A stretch of 64,000 nt of DNA from Ruditapes philippinarum (taxonomy: Eukaryota), in the NCBI RefSeq assembly GCF_026571515.1, contig NW_026853784.1:62001-126000 (forward strand). The letters run 5' to 3'. A program made the translations under genes and the position numbers. The notes under the pieces were generated by a model that saw only the letters and a list, made by a program, of their open reading frames with translations, made no database searches and was not told where the DNA came from. Below are positions 22,467 to 33,094 of the stretch, piece by piece (within the stretch, counting starts at the first letter, position 1; the number at the start of each line of letters is the position of its first letter).

Positions 22467-25400
22467 ATGAAATGGCTAATTGTAAAGTTGGTTTTTATAG
22501 CATATATTTTGACTCTCGTATCCATTCTTATGTTCTTTCCCGAAATTGGAGTGACGGAGGATAAAAGTAATGAAAAGTGTCAAAGAGAAATAGACCGGAT
22601 AATTCAAAAGTATGAACATACTTTAAATCAAACCGTTCAAAATCTTAAAAAGGAAGATCACACAGAAGAAACTTCTGATGAAGATATCGGACCAGGTAAG
22701 ATTTTCTTATAATTAATATAAATTACAGTTAAAGTACTTACTGCCTATAAAAAAGTTAAATTGGATTTTCTTACCTATAGTGAGATGCAGTATACAAGTC
22801 TGAAATAACTTATGTTTCACAACAGTTAAAAGCACTGTTATTAATTAATAAAGTAACAATTTTTCCTTCTATGTCTTTAAAACTGTTTTGGTTAGTGTGT
22901 TATACAAATACTGAGTTTTAATGAGTTTTCATGGAAATATTTTTTTTTTTGCCACGGACATAAAATGCCAATACCACAATTTAACTATAATCGACTTTGT
23001 GATGTACCCTGAAATACATGTCAGTTTTAATTCCATAGGATTATTTTTAGTTCGAACAGTTTTAGAACATCTCTTTGATAAGTATCTTTCAAAAAGTGAC
23101 CTTTGATTTGTTGAATAGTAGCTATCTACACCTGCAAAAACAACATGGAGTCATTGTGATATACAAATCAATTTATATAAATAGTCTGCTTTTTGTATGT
23201 CTACAAACACTCGAAATAGTAACAGCTAGGAGAGACATATACTGGTGCACAATTTGTCGTCTTATAGTAGAAGACAGAACACGTGTTGTTACACCAGCTG
23301 CTTTAATATGCAAATTAAGCTTATGAAATTAGCCATTCATATAACGTATTATGTATAAAAGAACGTACACCTTTGTCCCGTTAGTATTATTACAAGTTAT
23401 CTAATACTAAACGAATTTTAACAAAACGAGATAAGAGTTTAGAATAAATGGAACTAGAAAAAACTATAAATGCGTTTAACCAACTATTACAGGGTCGCTC
23501 GGCCGAGATGTTGATCTAAGTAGGGTATCACTCAGCGACAGTGAACAAGGAAAGAGGCAAAAACTTCTAGCTCAACATGACTATGATGCTTTTGTTAGTG
23601 ATTTGGTATCTATATACCGCGTTCTTCCAGATACCAGACCTGATGTGCAAGTATTCCGAATAGTATTAAAACAAAATGAACAAATGCATCAGTCAATTGT
23701 AACCCATGCCGTTTTTCCGGGGTGTAGAAAAAATTAGATGTTTTAACCTCTTCTCCCGTACTTGGTAAAGAAAAAAACGTGATTTTCTCTCTTGTCCAAC
23801 TTTGATAAGTCTCCACTATTCAGGAATTGGGGCCGGTATAACAATTGGCAGTAGTAAATAGCGACTTAAAATAAGTACGCCACATTTCTGCTAAAGCCAC
23901 ATTTTTGCAAACGTTATAATATTGATCAGAGCAGCTGCAAGAGTGCATTTTATATACACGCACTCGTGTATATACCTTATCTGTATTAATTAACTACGTA
24001 TGCGATAATAGAAGTTTTAATGTGAATGAAATTTGTAGGTGATATTATAGATTTACAACAGATATAACAAGTTGATTAAAACCAGTAGTGAATTCAAAGG
24101 TCGAAATATTGAATATATTGTGTCAGCTTGTGCCGAGAGACATTTCTAATTGCGAAGTGCAGGAGTCTACATTGAGAATGAACGAAAATATTTTAGATTA
24201 ATTAGATATACCTAATATATTGACCATACCTCATATAGAATATACGCAAAAGTAATATATGATTATCATCGCATAGATTATTTTTACCGTTAACAGTATG
24301 AACATAATGAACAAAATAAACACGTACCTGGCGTTCCAACATTACAAATTTAAATCACCGATCTCAATAACCGGAGCTTATCAGAACTGTATTTACCGCT
24401 TGTATGGAGGAGCGATCTGACAAAAGACAAAAAGAAGCTGAGCAAACCATACAAACTAATACATTAATTCAAACTGTTTGACAATTTTCTCTAGGTGACA
24501 CATGCAATAGTGTTGTGCTGTAAGTTATATAAGACAATAAGAGTTGATTTTTCAATATGTGGTCTTCGTTTGTTATATTAAGTGATGCAATATCATTTGC
24601 GTAGCTAAAGTACAACAAAAGTAATAACGGTTTTTTTTTGTTGTTTCATTTTATTTATTCCATTAACATGTTTTATAAATGTAGAACCAATGTCACTATT
24701 GGTATTGAAATGACATTTTTGTAATACAAAAACAAAACATTTTGGCGTCAGTTCACTTTAGTAATTGCATGTTTATTTATAATTTATCATCGGTTGATAT
24801 TTTTTCAATAGTTTATCGAACAGATATTTCCTTTTACTAACGGCTGCCTTCCATGCTTCTTCTGATTCAAAGTCATCTTCGTCTCGAAGCCTTCTCATAG
24901 TTTGTTTGACAGCTCTGTGAAAGCGATCCTTTTTTACCGATTCAAACCACATAATCCTGAACAGATACTTTTTCATCACTGCCCTTCTGATCACCGGAAG
25001 TAGCTTGTGGTAAGCTTTTTTGCTGGCATCCTTTTCGCTTATGTCATTATCATCTTCCATTATCTCGGAAGCTAACGAGTTCACTTCTTCCTGATGTTCA
25101 TCATAACCGTATTTGACGATATCCCACCAAGGGTCAATTGTTTCTTCAGCTAGTTCTTCATCCGATTTACTTTCCAAATCCGATTCCTCTGTATCGTTGC
25201 TGTCACTGATTTCTGATTCCTCATTCTCTTTCGAACGGGTGTCCTCTTCGTGAACGGATTTCTTATGTCTAAACAAATTGTACTTCTTTGCAAAGTTTTT
25301 GTCACAATCGCTGCAGGCAAACATAATTTTAAGTTGAATGCACTCACTTATAAAACCTCTGTGTAGTTCGAGTTGCGAACGATAAATGACTGAAACGTTA

Positions 25401-28400
25401 ATTCAACGCTAGAGGTAAATATACTATTGTCGAGCAGGATCAGACTTGAGCTCATAATGAGACAGTTAAAACGATATTTGAGTCTATTAAAGTCCCATAG
25501 AGGACTGTCCTCTAGCCCGCTCATTCCTGCTCGTAGATTGCTCTTCCTTTCCCGAACTGTCCTCTTGCCTGCTCATATCTGCTCGTATATTGCTCATTTA
25601 TTAAAAAAGGCCATCTAGCCTGCTCACACCTGCTCGTAGATTGCTCCTTCATTCCCAGACTGTCATTTAGCCGGCTGCTCGACAATAGTATATTTACCTC
25701 TAGCGTTGAATTAACGTTTCAGTCATTTATCGTTCGTAACTCGAACTACACAGAGGTTTTATAAGTGAGTGCATTCAACTTAAAATTATGTTTGCCTGCA
25801 GCGATTGTGACAAAAACTTTGCAAAGAAGTACAATTTGCTCAGACATAAGAAATCCGTTCACGAAGAGGACACCCGTTCGAAAGAGAATGAGGAATCAGA
25901 AATCAGTGACAGCAACGATACAGAGGAATCGGATTTGGAAAGTAAATCGGATGAAGAACTAGCTGAAGAAACAATTGACCCTTGGTGGGATATCGTCAAA
26001 TACGGTTATGATGAACATCAGGAAGAAGTGAACTCGTTAGCTTCCGAGATAATGGAAGATGATAATGACATAAGCGAAAAGGATGCCAGCAAAAAAGCTT
26101 ACCACAAGCTACTTCCGGTGATCAGAAGGGCAGTGATGAAAAAGTATCTGTTCAGGATTATGTGGTTTGAATCGGTAAAAAAGGATCGCTTTCACAGAGC
26201 TGTCAAACAAACTATGAGAAGGCTTCGAGACGAAGATGACTTTGAATCAGAAGAAGCATGGAAGGCAGCCGTTAGTAAAAGGAAATATCTGTTCGATAAA
26301 CTATTGAAAAAATATCAACCGATGATAAATTATAAATAAACATGCAATTACTAAAGTGAACTGACGCCAAAATGTTTTGTTTTTGTATTACAAAAATGTC
26401 ATTTCAATACCAATAGTGACATTGGTTCTACATTTATAAAACATGTTAATGGAATAAATAAAATGAAACAAAAAAAAACCGTTATTAGTTTTGTTGTACT
26501 TTAGCTACGAAAATGATATTGCATCACTTAATATAACAAACGAAGACCACATATTGAAAAATCAACTCTTATTGTCTTATATAACTTACAGCACAACACT
26601 ATTGCATGTGTCACCTAGAGAAAATTGTCAAACAGTTTGAATTAATGTATTAGTTTGTATGGTTTGCTCAGCTTCTTTTTGTCTTTTGTCAGATCGCTCC
26701 TCCATACAAGCGGTAAATACAGTTCTGATAAGCTCCGGTTATTGAGATCGGTGATTTAAATTTGTAATGTTGGAACGCCAGGTGTTTATTTTGTTCATTA
26801 TGTTCATACTGTTAACGGTAAAAATAATCTATGCGATGATAATCATATATTACTTTTGCGTATATTCTATATGAGGTATGGTCAATATATTAGGTATATC
26901 TAATTAATCTAAAATATTTTCGTTCATTCTCAATGTAGACTCCTGCACTTCGCAATTAGAAATGTCTCTCGGCACAAGCCGACACAATATATTCAATATT
27001 TCGACCTTTGAATTCACTACTGGTTTTAATCAACTTGTTATATCTGTTGTAAATCTATAATATCACCTACAAATTTCATTCACATTTAAACTTCTATTAT
27101 CGCATACGTAGTTAATTAATACAGATAAGGTATATACACGAGTGCGTGTATATAAAATGCACTCTTGCAGCTGCTCTGATCAATATTATAACGTTTGCAA
27201 AAATGTGGCTTTAGCAGAAATGTGGCGTACTTATTTTAAGTCGCTATTTACTACTATTGACTTGTGCATAACTGATTTATTCTTTAATTATATAGTTTTA
27301 CATGTAGCTTTAAGTCACTGAAATTGATATTGCTAACGGACCTTGTATATTTAGTCATCTGGAGTTAGTATTTGAGAACCGAAATCACGATAATACCATA
27401 TCTAACAAATAGATTTACAACTAAATAAAAACGTTACCTTTTCGAGGTATTATTTAACAACACTCGGTCAAGCTTCGCACTTATGCACTCTCTTGTATTT
27501 GTTTGGTGCCCTGCTGGGTTTCTCGTGGGTGGTCCTGTGTTCCTGGATTATGTTCGGGGATGCGTACATTGATGCCACACTTCTTAATTGATATTTGTAA
27601 TCATAATGCATTTTGAAATATTTTTGACATAACATGGATGCTTTTAAAATTATAACAATCATACAAATAATTATTTTTCTTTTCCTACAAAAAAAAAATT
27701 TTGTGTGCAAGTATAAGATAGTGTTCATGAGGAAGCATTACCAACATAAATTGGCCAGTAAAGTTACAATATTGAAATTCTATTGGTCAAAAAGTAATTT
27801 GAATTTTATCAAAAAATTTCAAGTAGGTCAGAAAAAATGTGGGTTTTTTTCTCATCAAAGTATGTATTTCATTATTTATCACAATCTCTCTATTTACTAG
27901 ATGTAAACGTATGAAGTACGAGGACTTGCCTGCAGTGAGTATTATCATACCATTCCGAGATGAACGACTGAGTGTGTTACTGAGAACTATACATAGTATT
28001 CTACAGAATACACCGAGCAAACTACTAGCTGAAATTATCATTATTGACGATGGTTCTGAAACAGGTGTGTAAAAAATATGTCAGTATGTTACAAACTCAC
28101 AATTTTTTAAAAAAGAAGGGGGAAAAAAGGAGAAAATATTGTTATTTTATCTAGCAGTAGTAGTAGCAGCAGCAGCAGTAGCAGCAGTAGTAAAAGAAGA
28201 AGTAGAAGCAGCTAGACAAACAAAATCCACGGCTTTTCATATGACTATAAAAGTATTATTTATCACACAAAAGTCAGTGGTAGATACAGCAATGGAACGT
28301 TTTCTATTTTAAATTTCAAATAAAAAATTAAAAGACTTAATGTTGTAAAGTGTGATCCCTCGGAAGCAATAAATACAGCATTCGGCCTTCGTGATTAAAT

Positions 28401-31400
28401 TACTACGCATTTGAACTCAAACCGTGCATTATTCTACAACAATGCACTCGGGATTGATATCTATTTCCTGAACATTATATAAATATTTTTTTTGCAGTCT
28501 CAGTTTGTTCAGAGATCATGTTAAAGTGCAACATCTCTCACGCCCCTAGCACCGACTAAAGCGGTTTTTAAATCTTCAGGACTGAATTGAAGTACGTGGC
28601 GACTTTTAACGATTGAGCTCAATAAAACTGGAAGTTCAGCATTTACATGGATGTAATGTTGTTAACATAACTACCTAAAGATTTTTACACAATAATTATC
28701 TGAGATATAATATATATATCTCAGATAATTATTGTGAAATATATATCTATATATATCTATATATATATATACCTATTAAAATATACACTTTTGTATGATT
28801 CGTTTCAGAGGAACTAAAAGCAAAACTGGATGTGCATATTGAAACTATCTCAAAGGTACACCTGATAAGATTGAAACCTTCCGCAGGTTTAATGGTGGCT
28901 CGACAAACAGGGATAAACCAGTGTAAGGCAGAGTACTTAATAACGATGGACTGTCATATAGAGGTTGTCAAAGGTGGGCAAAGTTATCATTTGCAAGTTT
29001 ACATAGTAGCACTTTACATTAAAAAATCATTAAACTTCATAATTACGTTAGGCATGGCTAGCACCAACCTTGTTTGACGCCATAGTTAATGCAAGCCATT
29101 AGGGTCGGAAGATATAGAGATATAGGGGACTCTATTAAACAATCAAATGATATGTCGAATTTAACTTATTATATATATCAAGTTTTTCTAGGCTGCTATT
29201 AATAATCTGGACTTGGTGTCTAAAAATTTGCACTAATAAAAAAATCAGCTATTTTTGAAACAAAATAAAAAAAAACATTTCTGACTTTTCAAGGTTGGCT
29301 TGAACCTCTGCTACATCGCCTTAAACAGAATCCAAAGGCTTGCTTATCGCCAAACGTTGGCCTTATCAAAAGGGACACATTAGGTGTGGATTTTTCAGAC
29401 AGATTGAAGTTTACCAAGTTCCCAATGTTTGCATTTAATCTAGAAGAAGCACATAGCTTTTATAAGACGGAGTTTCTATCTGAAAGAAATAGATCGGAAC
29501 CCTTACCGTAAGTTATATATTAAGTATATTTTTGTATTAAACATAAAAGGCCGTTAGCCTCAGAAATGAATAAAAGCGTCATTCTCTAGAAAGGGCACAT
29601 GGATTTTATAATGTTTGGGTTTTAGAGAATGCTAGATTTTTTCCTCTGAAGAAAATAGCCCATAATATGAAATTTTTGCCATAGCAAAATGTAAACGAAG
29701 TACATGTAGTATTTTGACTTCCAGACTTCCAGCCAAAGTACTTAATCACTCAAAAATAACTGCATGTAATTGCAAAAAAGGAAAAGATGGCTCTATCTAT
29801 CTAAAGATCTATCTATCTATCTATCAGGTAATTAGCCAATGAGTAATTTTAAGAAAACTATAACAGGACATAAAAAAAAAGTTTTTTTAGAAATAGCAAT
29901 ACATGTAATAGCATTTCTGGGTCATAATGGGCTTGATTATTTGTGTTGAATAATTTAAATAAATCAAATGTTTATAAGAATCAGGGTTATGATGTTATGC
30001 TACAGGACTGGTATAAACCAAGGTATGGTGATCGCAATGAAGAAGTCTTGGTTTGAACAACTAGGTGGATTTGACACTGGTATGAAAGTTTGGGGTGGTG
30101 AGCAAATTGAACTCTCAGTTAAGGTACGTTTAAATGAAATGATTTCATCCCTTCTAAATCGAACTATTCAAATATAAAATGAAATGACCTTTGAAAGCGC
30201 TTTCGTTGAATTTCTCAAATTGATAATACAAACCAGAGTTTAAGGGTGTGTTCTATGTTGTTTTTGTTTGTTTTTTTTGTTGTTTTTTTTTAAAATAAAA
30301 ACACCCGAGTCATACTCAATTAAAATTGATACAGCTTTACTTATCCTTTTATGCTTTGGTTATTAATGTAGTCAAGTCAAGTCAAAAGATTTATTCAGTA
30401 AATAAAGGCCACCGGCCCAAAATACATGTCATACAAAATATGGTATTTAACATTATAAGGTTGTGTCTTTTACAAGTTTTGACAATCATTACATTTAAAT
30501 GCTACTGTGCTATAGATATCATGAGGTGGTAAATATAAGTAGATATTTTCTTAATTATAAAAATATCATTTGATGAAAGTAATTCATAAAAGTTATGTAG
30601 TTCATTTCCGGAATTATACCAGTTTAGTAAATAGGTATTTTCTAACTTCTAAATATTTTTACAATGAAAAAAAGCATGATATTCACAGTCAATATGATAA
30701 GTTAAATGATTTTCAAGACAAAAGTTGCAAAAGCGTTCTTGAAAAGGTATATTTAAATGCCTACCAATTTCAACATTAAGTTTGTGATTTGAACATCGAA
30801 ATTTAGCATATGCTTTCTTATGTTTTACAGGGATTTCTATTAGAAGATACCGTTCTACATTTAATAAGCTTTTAAAATAACAATAATGGTGACATCTACT
30901 GGCATTGTTAATATTATCATGCCAATTTTGAGTATTATATAAATAACACACGGGTTTGTGGGTAACAGTAAAAATATCATCCCGAGGAAAATACTGTTAC
31001 CCGAGGCGTATTTATACGAGGGATGATATTTTTTCTGTTACCCACAAACCCATGTGTTATTTATTTTATTACCCCGAACAAATACTGTGATGATCTGCAT
31101 TTGTCAACTAAATCTAACTGTAACAAAAATAAGCCAAGAGAAGGAATAACTAAACTGTCCTTACCTTGCAAGTTTAAGTGCACTGTAGGCCTACTTGAGA
31201 AGCTGTTTTTCTTTTATTCTTTAGGCAAGTGATGATATCTACCAGTCATAAACATAAAATAAGCTGTGTTTTATTCAGAAAACAAAACACTAACCCATTT
31301 ATAAGGTTATGATCTGTGAAATCTGATCCTTCTGCATCCAGAATATTCTTCGCATGGTTTTTGACAAAAGTGCATTTAGAAAATAACGATGATATCCTAC

Positions 31401-33035
31401 AGTTGTCTGTCCAAAAACTCTATCTGTAACGTTTCACTGGTTAAAATTGTTAAATTATCCTTTGTTGCATGCTTTAATTGTCTGCATGTTCCAGTTTGAC
31501 ACAAAATTATTTACATTACAATTACTTCCGTTGAAAACGGATGTTTCCTGTTGACTATTCAACAAAAAGATATTTAATACGCGAAAGGGACTCTAGGGTG
31601 CAAAGAACTAAATTTTATCAGAGTAATAGTTACTTCGGCGATGCCCTATCGTCGAAAAAAAGAATGAATCGAGAAAAAAATGGCGGCCATTTTATTTCAA
31701 TTTATTTAGAAAAAAGACCACGTGACCAGATTTTATACTGTTAAAAAATACTGTTATCTATGTAACAGTACAAAATTCGTAGTCACGTGGTACACTTGCA
31801 TTAACAGTAAGAATAACTCCCAGAGGCCTATGGGAAATTAACATTACGAAAAAAGTGAGGGGTAATAAAACAATCTATTATGCGTTGTTTAAAAATGCTA
31901 ACAAAAATATTCACATCTCCTATTTCTTGAGAAATCCAAATGTAACCAAATCCGTAACTGTACAGAAGTATTCGTATTTTGCTAGCCCAACAAGTTCTTC
32001 CAGCTTCATCTAGTGATTTTAACATTAAATAACATTGTTTTGGGTAACGGCATGGTGGCATAACTAATAGCTTACACCAATAACGGATGCAATTTGTATA
32101 ATAAGTAATACAAAGTGGGAGTCTACCACATTCACCTAACACCATGCTTGTATTTGTATTTTTTCGAACATTTAATAAACCTTTACAGAACATATTATGA
32201 ACAGATTCTATAGTTGGACTAAATTCATGTATTTGCTTATTGCTAACGATTTATTCCAGTTACTTGGACCAACGCCCTAACATAGCGGGCAAATTATCAC
32301 AGTTAACGCCCCACCCCTGTTCTCCCCTATGATATTTTGATTGTGTAATTTAAAATGTAAATCTGTGAATTCCGGATCTGTCCACATTGTACGTATGCCA
32401 GCTGTGTGAAGTTTTGCACAGACACATGTGGGTGTGGAGCTCCAAGTGAGTTACACTCCAAATAATGTGTATATTATAGACGTTGAAATATAAAAATAGA
32501 ATATCGAATTCATATTATCCATAACTTTTTTAGTTAAAAAAGGTAAAATGGACATTGATAATAACGTCTACATGGTCTAATAATAATGCATGTTTTTTGT
32601 ATTTAAATTGTACATAAGGTTTGGACATGTGGCGGTATCGTGGAAATAATACCATGTTCTTACGTTGCTCACTTGTTTAAGACACGGCTTGTATGGAAAG
32701 ATATGGGAATATCCAAAATTATAAATGCATTCAGATTCGCAGAAGTTTGGATGGATGGTTACAAAGAAATGTTGGATAAATACTGGCCTACGGTTAAACG
32801 GAACGTGAGTTAAATTAATTCTGACGGATTATTGATCCCTATCTTAGATAAGATAATTATCTAGTTGAATCATTAATATAAAAGATTAAGTGTTAATCTT
32901 CAAAAAAATCTAATTTTACTTTTCATATTCTCTCATGAACAAACTGAGTCAAATCGAGTCTTCACGCTGGTCAGAATATGTGTTATTTTAGAAAAGAATA
33001 TAACAGTAAATCAGCATATCAATATTTGCCTGTTT

Positions 33036-33094
<59 letters not shown>

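Larger units (their letters stand above)
23850..27255. mobile_element. Palindromic non-autonomous Polinton/Maverick-type element (arms 23850-25437 and 25675-27255)
   Basis: Termini AGTAGT...ACTACT; 6-bp TSD ATTGGC/ATTGAC (one mismatch); ~1.58-kb inverted arms with only a few differences seen by eye; 237-bp spacer. Confidence 0.85.

Noticed and set aside
25150-25962. 65-aa ORFs [11 protein letters not shown]... in both palindrome arms
   Set aside because: GTG-started alternative frames overlapping the zinc-finger ORF, with no recognisable motif.
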